Positions 12,194 through 22,924 of a stretch of 64,000 nucleotides of DNA are shown in pieces. This DNA comes from Octopus vulgaris. Lineage: Eukaryota. Position 1 is the stretch's first letter, and each line of letters opens with the position of its first letter. The notes under the pieces are model-generated. The model saw nothing but the letters and a program-made list of their open reading frames with translations, did not search any database and had not been told where the DNA came from. The DNA is taken from contig OX597817.1 of NCBI GenBank assembly GCA_951406725.2, positions 38,254,001 through 38,318,000 on the forward strand. The letters are read 5' to 3'. The translations under genes were made by a program, and so were the position numbers.

Positions 12194-13325
12194 GTTTGAC
12201 TTTTGCTTTATATTTGTACAAGTTGGCTCCAAGTCTCACCCAGAGACCTCAACAGACAACAGGTTGGAAGTTCATGTTGTTGTTATGCCTAGTGTGCCAT
12301 ATATTTGGGTTTTTTTTAGTGTTGTACTTGTGAATGTCAAAAAAAAAAACGAAAATTATGTTTGTTTTAAAACTTGAGATTACATAGAAAGTATTTTGCG
12401 TAGGATATGAGCAGTTCCCATGAGCACTATCTTTTGAATTTCTGCCATTTTTGGGTTTCCTGGTATCTGAGTTAGGTAGCAATCAGCCCCTTTCGCTATC
12501 ATTCCCAGGGCACCTATGACAACAGGTATTGTTTTAGTCTTCAGGTTCCACATTTTGCTGATTTCTATTTCAAGATCTTTATATTTGCTCAGTTTTTGGT
12601 AGGTCTTGACAGATACGTTTATATCGATTGGGACAGTCATATCAATGAGGAGGCATGTTCTTTGTCTGAAGTCTTTCAATATGATGTCTGGCCTATTTGC
12701 ATCTATCTTTCTGTCAGTTTGAATGCTGAAGTTCCAGAGGAGTGAGATGTGGTCATTTTCAAGCACTGGAGGTGGTTTGTGTTCCCACCAGTTTTTTCAT
12801 GGGGCAAATCCAGGTTCTTGCAAATTACCCAGTGAATATATTGTGCAGCTCTATCATGCCTGTTGAGATACTCTGTAGGCGCTAGAAGACTGCACTTGGA
12901 GACAACATGACCAATGGTTTCATTTTGTTGTTGACATATACGACATGTTGGGCTACTGCCGTTCTTTAATATGTTGGCCTGGTAGTTCCTTGTGGGTAGG
13001 CATTGATCTTGAGCTGCTGTTTCAGAATTTAAGCCAGAGGCCATTAGCCATTAGTGGGTCAGGGCTTTGTCAACATCTGCATTATTCCCTTCTTTGGATA
13101 TTTGCCATAGAGAGGTTTTTCTTGCCATTTATCATTCAGAATATCCGAAATTTGTTGTATTCGGAATTCACTTAGATATTCCTTTGCCTGTTTTGTTACT
13201 GAGTATGATGCTTTCTTGTTTTCATGTTTTGAGACAAGTTTTAACATCCAGTCCCCAGAGTTTTTCAGGTAGGTGTCTAGGCCAATTGTAGCAATCTTCA
13301 TTGTTATTGCCAGTTGTAAAAGTCC
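12193..13325 (-). mobile_element. 5'-truncated R4/Dong-clade LINE inserted in (TAA)n
   Basis: CRIC..ETIGHVVSKC knuckle, YLNRHD, RLE motif NRPDIIL...LIDMTVP...K..KYKDL, then a 3'UTR. (ATT)n lies on both flanks. Confidence 0.9.
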
Positions 13326-13350
13326 ATTATTATTATCATTATTATTATTA

Positions 13351-13386
<36 letters not shown>

Positions 13387-13456
13387 TCACTGCCTGGAAT
13401 CGAACTCGGAATCTTGGGGTTAGTAACCCGCGCTCTTAACCACTACGCCATATGCC

Positions 13457-13508
13457 GGTGGATACTAACCTCAACATTCCGAGTTCGATTCCAAGCAGTG
13501 ACCTGAAA

Positions 13509-13594
<86 letters not shown>

Positions 13595-13599
13595 TTATG

Positions 13600-13681
<82 letters not shown>

Positions 13682-13893
13682 CAACAACAACAACAACAAC
13701 AACAGCAACAATTTCGAAAAATACTTTAGGAATGAGAACCTAGGTTTGCAATTTCCCCAAGACACCTGATGAAGGCTGGAGGGTATATCAGCTGAAACGT
13801 GTTAACAACAAACAAGATGAGGACAAATATCCGTCAAATGTAAATAATGCAAATAATGTATATAATTCCTCATCTGTTAAATATAGAACTGTA
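13457..13893 (+). mobile_element. tRNA-head/(AAT)n/HHR-tail element, right arm (5'-truncated head; HHR at 13761-13805)
   Basis: B box CGAGTTCGATTCC, then (AAT)n(AAC)n, then GACAC-CUGAUGA-A-GGCUG...CAGCU-GAAACGU. Confidence 0.75.
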
Positions 13894-14565
13894 TTACTAA
13901 CTTATTTTTCTAATGTTTCAAAAAAAGGATATAAAAGCTAGACAGTAATAAATTAAATTTATTTAGAGGCAGATTCTGGTGCGAAATGAAGACAAATGTT
14001 TTCTTGTAACTAGCAGAGGATACTATAGGTACCTTTCAAGCAAAGAGTTGATAAGCACAGAAATGGTCAGTCTTTATCACTTTACCACATTATTATCTCT
14101 AAACACTTAAGTTTAATCTTCTTTTTGCTTTTCTTTTCCTTCCGTATAATCTGATCGTGAAAATAGAATTGTAATTTGTGGTTAAGTTGACATGGTAGAT
14201 TTTTCTTTGTTGCTGCATTTTACATTTTCATTATACTTGTGTTTCGTCTGTCGCTATATTTATGGGTTAAGTTATGTCTGAAAATTGCTGAAAACAGCAC
14301 AGTATAGTTTATCAAAGGACTTATTCAAAGTAATCACCTGAAGAAACACATTTAACATCTTTGATGGATGATAGTGATTACGCAATATGTTAGTTATATC
14401 ATATCTCCAAACTATTACAAGTGTAACAATGTGTGGAAACAATTGTAGTGGTTTGAAATAAAGAATATCGACTAATCCATTTTCTCTTATTCACTTCTCT
14501 CTCTCTCTCTAAGTATATATATACATGTATATATATATATATATATATACATATATATACATATG

Positions 14566-14596
<31 letters not shown>

Positions 14597-14606
14597 GTAT
14601 ATATAC

Positions 14607-14650
<44 letters not shown>

Positions 14651-14869
14651 ATCACGTGACCGACCAGACCATCAGATGTTGTTACACATCGCTGGTCACA
14701 ATGCGTTCGCATTGTTTTAGCCTTCGAATGACGCTACCCCGCTGGCTAAGCGAGCAGGCCAATATATATATATATTATTTATATACATACATACACACAC
14801 ACACATAAAGTCTACTGTCCCATGGCGGTAAGATCAATAAAAAAGCACTCCGCCTGGTGAGAGATAAAT

Positions 14870-15090
14870 ATTATTTAATAAGCACAATATATGTTTTTAT
14901 GCGCACTAGTAGTTTCATGCGATGAGAATATGCCAAACAATCTCTTTAAAACGTCTGCCTCAGCGTAATCTTCAGCGCCTGAAGATTGCGCTGAACACTA
15001 GACGTGTTAAAAAAAATACTGTCTGACATGCTCTCATCGTATGAAACTATCACTAGCAAATAGAAACATATATTGTGTTTATTAAATAAT
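14870..15090. repeat. ~220-bp imperfect palindrome made of two back-to-back HHR-like arms (family E)
   Basis: Centre TCTTCAG-CGC-CTGAAGA. Each arm reads CUGAAGA UURCG...CGYAU GAAACUA. Confidence 0.7.
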
Positions 15091-15439
15091 TTATATATAT
15101 ATATATATAATTTAGAGGACTGACCGCAAAAAGTGGACAGCCTACATGCTAAACATAGACGTCAAATCGTCATTTACCACGAAGAATGTGTTCTCACGAA
15201 AAATCTCGCCAAAAAATCCAAAGCTTGCTTAAAAATAATCAAGACACATGAAAATATACGAAATAAAAAACGATTACCTATGTACCAATTGATTTCACTT
15301 GTTAATATTTACGTATAAGGACACACAAACATCTGCAAGATCATCAGTATAGTCTGTCGTTTACAAAACACAATTTCCAGAACTAGATACAGAACGCTCA
15401 ACGGAAATCCAGTATGTATAAAGTTCTACAAATTATATT

Positions 15440-15756
15440 GATAAAAATCGACTCCATGACTTATTCTTTATAAGCCTAGTACTTATTCTATCGTTCTTTT
15501 GCTGAACCGCTAAGTTGCGGGGACGTAAACACACCAGCATCGATTGTCATGCGATGGTAGGGATACAAACACAGACACACAAACATAGAAATATATATAT
15601 ATATACACGACAGGCTTCTTTCAGTTTCCGTCTACCAAATCCATACACAAGGCTTTGGTCGGTCCGAGACTATAGTAGAAGACATTTGCCCTGTGGAACT
15701 GAACCCGGAACCATGTTGGGAAGCAAGCTTCTTACTACACAGCCACACCTACACCT
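15440..15756 (-). mobile_element. SINE family 1, 3'-truncated
   Basis: Homology to the full copies. Confidence 0.8.
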
Positions 15757-15771
15757 ATATATATATATATA

Positions 15772-15927
15772 TATATATTTGTTTAAGAGGACAACAAGCG
15801 CTAAGGGAAGACAAACATCTCAAGATATATACGTTATTATCATTAAAAAAATTTTAAGTCTTACAACTGTAAGACTTAAAATATTTGTCTTGCCTCAGTG
15901 TTTGTTGTCCTCTTTAGCAAATATATA
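15772..15927. repeat. Fold-back palindrome of a PLE-type 3' tail
   Basis: Arms GAGGACAACAAGCGCTAAGGGAAGACAAA / TTTGTCTTGCCTCAGTGTTTGTTGTCCTC; core TTTTAAGTCTTACAACTGTAAGACTTAAAA. Confidence 0.7.
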
Positions 15928-16191
15928 TTTGCTATATCGGAAACCTACGATGGTTCCATAACTCCAGTCTCGACTAGGAGCTTGGAGGCCTGGTAACCTG
16001 TTACAGCACTTACCCAGCGTATCTAGTCGTTTAGATCACCTGTGAACTAAACCCCCATATTGTGTTTATGTGTGTGTGCGCATGCATGTGTGTGTGTGTG
16101 TGTGTGTATATATACACACACACACACACATATATATATACATACATATATATCAGGAAAGCATATAATTTTCTGATTGAATGTGTTGCTT

Positions 16192-16230
16192 TCGCTGTTG
16201 AAGAGCTAAGAAGTCTAGAAACTAGTCAGA
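16192..16230 (+). ncRNA. Degenerate hammerhead-like motif
   Basis: CUGUUGA-AGAGCU AAGA AGUCU-A-GAAAC UA GUC-AGA, with a palindromic ACUAGU stem III. Confidence 0.5.
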
Positions 16231-16384
16231 CCGCCTGGTTTTTTTTTTTTTTTCTCTTTTTCTGTTCACTATGACAAAAACTGCGATGTAATCACTTCTA
16301 AAAATTTTTTCAAGGGTAGAATGAAATTGTATCTTTTTAAGAATATGTACTTATACATCATAAACATACATATATCTATCTATC

Positions 16385-16459
<75 letters not shown>

Positions 16460-16678
16460 GTCTAGCAATCTGTCTGTCTGTCAGTCTGTCAGTCTGTCTC
16501 TATCTCTCTCTATGTGTGTGTGTATGTGTATGTGTGTGTGTATGTATGTATGTATGTATGTATGTATGTATGTATGTATGTATGTATGTACGTATGTATG
16601 TATGTATAAATAAGTATGTTTTATATATACGTACACAAACACGCATGAATAGATACATACTCTGTATATATATATATA

Positions 16679-17060
16679 CTAGCAGTATCGCCCGGCGTTG
16701 CTCAGGTTTGTAAGGCAAATAACTATAAAGCATTTTTAGAGAGTTATAGCCAAAAAATAGCCAAAAAATGGAAAAAAATTATGGTAAATTTTTTGTTGAG
16801 TTAAAAAGGTTGAGTTGCGTCCCCTAGACAGTCTGTGATTTGTGTTTCTGATTCTCGACCCCATGTCGAATTTATCGGGTTTTTTCAGAACTGGGGGAAC
16901 TTTTCAAAATTTTCGCTGCGTTAGTTTTGAATTATGACATTGGGCTATGTGTGTGTCAAGTTTCATCAGAATCGGTTGAAAGCCGTGGTCAGGGTGAGGG
17001 TACAACCAAACAGACACACAGAAACACACACAGACAAAATGCCGTTTATATATAGAGAGA
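16679..17060 (-). mobile_element. Non-autonomous Helitron-like element
   Basis: 5' TC, 3' hairpin CCTGAGCAACGCCGGG plus CTAG, inserted between A and T. Near-identical to 31844-32224. Confidence 0.75.
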
Positions 17061-17575
17061 TACGTAACTCCAGCATTTCAGGGCAGAATACACTAACGCG
17101 TATATACATACACGCACACACACGGACATAGGCATACAGACACACGCGCACACACACGCGCACACACACACACACACGCACTCATGTACACACCGACATG
17201 CATGCAAGCACACACGCTCACACACACACACACACACTATCACACGTGAAACCTGCACAGCTGTTGCTGAAAATATTTCCAGTTCATCAGTTACACAGCG
17301 CTCACTGTTGAAATGTGATGTATAATGTACAGCTAGCGACGCCCACGCCTTGCATTGCTAATGTGTGCAGTAGCAAACCTTGACAGAAATACTGTATAGA
17401 ATATGTGGTGCCTTACGTATTTATTTATTTATTTATTTATTCATTTATTTATTTATTTATTTATTTTTAATGTTCGTATTGTCGTTTTGCTTAAGTCTGT
17501 CTTTATCGATTTCGTTGTTCAGCGTATTTTCTGCTTTTGTTTTTCTTTTCTTATATTTGATATGAGGTGTGTGTG

Positions 17576-17610
<35 letters not shown>

Positions 17611-17636
17611 CTTTCTTTGTCTGTGTGTCTATGTGC

Positions 17637-17674
<38 letters not shown>

Positions 17675-17708
17675 GCGTGTGTCTGTCTTTGTCTGTGTGT
17701 CTATGTGC

Positions 17709-17761
<53 letters not shown>

Positions 17762-18319
17762 TGTGTGTGTGCGTGCGTGTGTGTAATAACGAATCGCCTC
17801 CAAGCCTTCTTTATTTTTTGCTGAGGTTTTTTTTTTGCGTGTGTTTGTGTGTCTCGATTGAAAGGAATGAAGCGGCGGAGGTAAACATTTGATATTAGGT
17901 GATCTCATTGCTTTATAGTTCATAGCATAAATAAAGAACTTCTGGCAAGCAGACAACGATATATGGTCAGTCGCAGAAATATTTAAGACTATTTTGATTA
18001 TCGACAAAGGTAAAAGTATGTTAGTATTAAGGTATTTAATGCATGGAGAATTTTAAATGTTAACTACAAATAATTCTGCGGTGAGAGACAACTCAACAGC
18101 AACAACAACCTCCACAACAAAATAGCTAATGACTAATTATATTTGATTAAATTTTTAATGACTCATGCTTTAAATATATGTGATATATGAAAACCTGCAT
18201 CCAAAACAGTAATTTTTTATCATCAGTCTCAGAAAATATTTCAGTATGAATAACTTCTAACTTTCTGCCAGGCTCAAGCAAAACCAACAATGGTTTCTGT
18301 ACTTTCGTACAGATATATA

Positions 18320-18549
18320 TTTCTTTATTGCCCACAAGGGGCTAAACATAGAGGGGACAAACAAGGACAAACAAAGGGATTAAGTCTATTACATCGATCC
18401 CCAGTGCGAAACTGGTACTTTATTTATCGACCCCGAAAGGATGAAAGGCAAAGTCGACCTCGGCGGAATTTGAACTCAGAACGTAACGACAGACGAAATA
18501 CCGCTAAGCATTTCGCCCGGCGTGCTAACGTTTCTGCCAGCTCGCCGCC
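18320..18549 (-). mobile_element. tRNA-derived SINE family 2 (Meta-domain-like core)
   Basis: Head GGCGGCGAGCTGGCAGAA...GAGTTCAAATTCC; core GACTTTGCCTTTCATCCTTTCGGGGTCGATAAA. Confidence 0.8.
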
Positions 18550-18599
18550 TTTCGTACAGATATAGTCTCTCGTCAACCATACTGTTTCATATAGAGTCA

Positions 18600-20000
18600 A
18601 CATTAAAAACTTCGATCAATTCTCTTAATCGAAAATGTAAGTAATGATATGACTGGAAAAAGAACCTTGGTGTAGCGTGCTGCTCTCTCACTTCCGGTTG
18701 TTATTTACGGTTTCAATGTGTTGAACTGGAATGTGAGCGAAGTAAGGAAGATTGGCAGGAAAATCCGTAAGCTGCTGACTTGCAATAAGATGCACCATCC
18801 AAAGGCAGACGTAGATCGTCTTTACCTACCCATAGCTCAAGGAGGTCGAAGCTTGATCCAATTTGAAATCTCTTACAAAACCACCACAATTGACTGGCAA
18901 AATGTCTTGAAACATCTAACGACTGGATGCTAAAGCTCGTTGAAAACCACGAAAGACGTATGAAGAGTAAAAAATTTTCAAGTGAGTTTATGCATAATAC
19001 CCAGGTTGAACAGCATGATGGAAGCGCAGCAACTGTAGTTGCAAAGAAGGTGAAATCAATAGCAAAACAAAATGCGTTTGAACAATTAGCTGATAGTTGG
19101 GAACAAAATCGTCTGCATGGCAAATATGTGGCCCGTAGCAACAAAGCTGATGTAGACCAGAAGCACACCTATCGGTAGCTACAGAACTCAGGGCTAAAGG
19201 CAGAGCGTGAATGCTTTATCTTAGCAGCTCAAATATCAAGCCAATGTGATGAAAAATGCTGTAGACACGAAGTGTGGATACTGCAACGGTGGGATTGAAA
19301 CAGTCGACCGCCTAATCTCTGGGTGTAAAGTTTTGGCGCTGTAGGGTACAAATGAAGATATGACAGTGTTGGCCAATATCTGCATTGGATAATGTATCGG
19401 TATTATAAAATCAAAACTGCTGACAAATGGTACGAGCACCACCCTGAGGCTGTAAACTGAAGGAGAAAATGTAACTATTCTTTGGGACTTCCCAGTATGT
19501 ACAGACCGGACCATCAAAGCTAATAAACTAGATAGTGTAGTGAAAGACCAAAACAATAAAGTCTGTTTATTGATTGACGTGAGCATACCCTAATCGAAAT
19601 CGAAAAGATGAGGCATCTCAAGACGGTTACAATACCAGTGATTGTAGGAGCACTTGGAACGATAAAAAAAGGAAATGAAAATTATTTAAGAATGATCTCT
19701 AGCTTACCGTCCATGCAGGAAGTGCAAAAGATTGTTTAAACAGGTATATCACACGAATTGAGAAGAGTATTGTCACTGTGAATTTCTTTTCCCTTTTTCC
19801 CCCTTATTTTCTTTGTTTACTTTTTTACTACTTAATGTTTCTTTTTTCTCTCTGCCTTTCTCCTCCTTTTTCTCTACCACATGACTTTGCAAATGAGCAA
19901 TCAGGTGTGTTTATTTTAATAGCCTACCATTGTATACAATGCGTTTCTCCGCCCTAGGTATCAGGAGGACACTCGGCAAGAAATAGAAACAGAATTGAAG
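18600..20000 (+). mobile_element. Degraded 5'-truncated R4/Dong-clade LINE
   Basis: MHHPKADVDRLYLP..GGR, LHGKY, CGYC knuckle, LWDFPV.TDRTIKANK.D. The 3' end runs into a decayed (AAT)-like tract. Confidence 0.85.
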
Positions 20001-20434
20001 GAAGATGATAATGAAAATAGTGACAGTAATAATAATATATGCCCTGATGCAGTACCAGGCAATGGCTCTCATGCTTCTGATCTTAACTGATTGGAAGTAA
20101 TATCATGTATATGTTTCCTTTTGATATAAAAGATGGACTACAGTAAATATTCTGCTCAATACCACAGATTCGCTCGTCAGTTGCTTGATCATAACCAGTT
20201 GTGCTAACGATATGTGCATTTCTTATCATGAGTAGGAGTAGTGGCGAATATGGCACGTGGTTGGGATAATTCACTTCTAGAAACACGAGTGTTTCGTTCA
20301 CCATCCTTAGACAACCCTTATGCAGGAACCTTTTGAACGGGATGGGCTACTCGACCTGAAGAAAATTCTAACTGGGCCCACCTGCTAAGTCATGAGCTTT
20401 TTATGTTGATATGAAGTTCCCATGTCATGCACAT

Positions 20435-20593
20435 GGAGTGGCTGTGTGGTAAGTAGCTTGCTAACTAGCCACATGGTTCCGGGTTCAGTCCCACTGCGTG
20501 GCATCTTGGGCAAGTGTCTTCTGCTATAGCCCCGGGCCGACCAATGCCTTGTGAGTGGATTTGGTAGACGGAAACTGAAAGAAGCCTGTCGTA

Positions 20594-20650
<57 letters not shown>

Positions 20651-20875
20651 ATGTGTTTGTGTGTCTGTGTTTGTCCCCCTAGCATTGCTTGACAACCGAT
20701 GCTGGTGTGTTTACGTCCCCGTCACTTAGCGGTTCGGCAAAAGAGACCGTTAGAATAAGTACTGGGCTTACAAAGAATAAGTCCCGGGGTCGATTTGCTC
20801 GACTAAAGGCGGTGCTCCAGCATGGCCGCAGTCAAATGACTGAAACAAGTAAAAGATGAAAGAAAAGAAGAAAGA
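20435..20875 (+). mobile_element. SINE family 1, young near-full copy
   Basis: Near-identical to 47777-48204. Confidence 0.9.
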
Positions 20876-21044
20876 TATGGTTGTGGTGCAAAGCTTGGTG
20901 TACTCTTATGAAACGGGTAGTCATGATGGGTATATTGGGCTTCGTACATTTTACCCCAGCGTCACTTTGATGGCATGCGCTGATCTTTCACTCAGTGACG
21001 ACGATAATGAAGATTTCTTTAATTAGCCACAGGGTCAAATGCAA

Positions 21045-21222
21045 ATCATTCCTACTATAGGCACATGGCCTGAAATTTGGGCGAAGGAGGGGGTGTTAGT
21101 TGATTACATCGGCTCCAGTGCTCGACTGATGCTTACTTCAACGACCCAAAATGAATGGCTAAGTCGACCCCAGCGGAGTTTGAGCTCTAAACTTGAAGAC
21201 AAATGAAATGCCGCTAAGCATA
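21045..21222 (-). mobile_element. SINE family 2, degenerate
   Basis: ATGCTTAGCGGCATTTC...GAGCTCAAACTCCGC...GTCGACTT on the minus strand. Confidence 0.6.
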
Positions 21223-21645
21223 CTAGTATTACTAATACTAGTATTACTAATACTAGTATTAGTAATAGTTTCTTAACTTAGTACAGCTTCATATATGCAA
21301 TATAGTGTGTTGAAAGACTTTGATCTGCTGAGATTATCCTAGCAATTAGTCAATAAAACTCCCTCTACGATGTCTAAAATGAAAAAGATCAGTTGACCGA
21401 ATTTTTTGGGTAATGCAGAAAGTACTGATTGGAGTGGATCTGGACTTTAAAATAAACTGGTGTCAATAAGGAATATATTTCCATCTTATTACAACTCCTC
21501 AATGAAACATTTTACACTCTGTACAAAAGTATTTAATTGGTCTATACGCATACACCACACATGCGTACACATATATATGCGTGTGTATATGTATGTGTGT
21601 ATGTATGTATGTATATATACACACACATATATATGCATATATGTG

Positions 21646-21696
<51 letters not shown>

Positions 21697-21812
21697 GCTA
21701 TGTATATACACATATATACGTAAATACTTAAATATAAACATGCATAGGTACTTACATACACACATATATACGTACATACGTACATACATACATACATACA
21801 TACATACATACA

Positions 21813-21845
<33 letters not shown>

Positions 21846-22059
21846 GCGTACACAAATATGCACATACGTACCTTTACAATAATAGAAAGAACCCAACCAA
21901 TTGAGAAATGAGAGTTACAAGTCATTAAAGGCACTGAGAAGATGTGTAAAATATTCCAGAAGTTTTAGCATGTCATAACTACATATACCCACGTACAGAC
22001 ATGGAAATATAAATAAATGAAAGAATGGAGTTGAACGACGATTTAACAAAATTCCTTTA

Positions 22060-22142
22060 TTCTCGACATATGTTTCGAAGGCTGCATATTCCTAATTTCG
22101 AAGGAATAAGGGGTGCATTATGCCGCCTACTCATCAGGAAAA
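22060..22142 (-). ncRNA. Canonical type I hammerhead ribozyme, family F
   Basis: UUUUC-CUGAUGA-GUAGGCGGCAUA...UAUGCAGCCUUC-GAAAC AUAU GUC-GAGAA: perfect core with all three stems. Confidence 0.85.
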
Positions 22143-22386
22143 AACAAGGAACTTATGTCAGCATCAAGATGAACAAAAACTCTTAGATGACTGTCCACAC
22201 GGAGCCCATAGCGATAATGAAATATATATGTATGTGTATGCATGTATAAGTCAAAATATATAGATGCAAACATGCAATAGCATCGACGCTTGCTGACATT
22301 TATACGTGTACACTCTCGTACAAACATACTTGCTTACATGAATACTTATGCACATGCATACATTTATAAATGCATGCATCCGTGCA

Positions 22387-22570
22387 TACACACACGAAAA
22401 CCGGGGTAAGAAACGCTCTGCATACTACAAAGAGGCTATGCATGGGTATGTTTCTTTTAAACTTCAAAATGATGATAGTATTAACATGGAGTGTAATCTT
22501 TCTGTGATTCGTGGCTGCCACATAACGTCATATATTGGAGGCTAAGCTTTTACAATCCAAGAGCAAAATA
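22387..22570 (+). mobile_element. R4/Dong-like LINE fragment
   Basis: MHGYVSFKLQNDDSI...AFTIQEQ is homologous to 23780-23910. Confidence 0.6.
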
Positions 22571-22893
22571 TCTGGACAGCGAAGCCCTCCGACTTCGTAA
22601 TGAGGCGTGTGCTAATTCGGAATTTCTCTCTCCTACAGAGACAACTAAACAAAGAGTAGATGGAATTAAGTCTACTAAGTCATTTGATAGGTCTTATTTC
22701 CAGCCTGCAGAATGTCCAATGAAAACCAAATTCCTTACCAAGCAGGTTTGGTAAGGTTGCTGGTTTAGTCACCGACCACCCGATCTTTCGACATGTTGTA
22801 CTGGATTACATGTTACCAGTAGTCCTAAGAATGACCTGACATACATACATACATACATACATACATACATACATACATACATACATACATACA

Positions 22894-22920
<27 letters not shown>

Positions 22921-22924
<4 letters not shown>

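Larger units (their letters stand above)
11974..13456 (-). mobile_element. tRNA-head/(AAT)n/HHR-tail element, left arm, interrupted by a LINE
   Basis: Head at 13381-13456 (TGGCGTAGTGG A box; GAGTTCGATTCC B box), then (AAT)n, then a tail at 11974-12120 that is the inverted repeat of 13711-13860. Confidence 0.75.

Noticed and set aside
13381-13456. Possible tRNA gene on the minus strand
   Set aside because: No proper acceptor stem or T-run terminator; it runs into (AAT)n and is duplicated in inverted form, so it is an element head.
21221-21268. Three 15-bp repeats (TACTAGTATTACTAA)
   Set aside because: Simple minisatellite with no spacers; not a CRISPR array.
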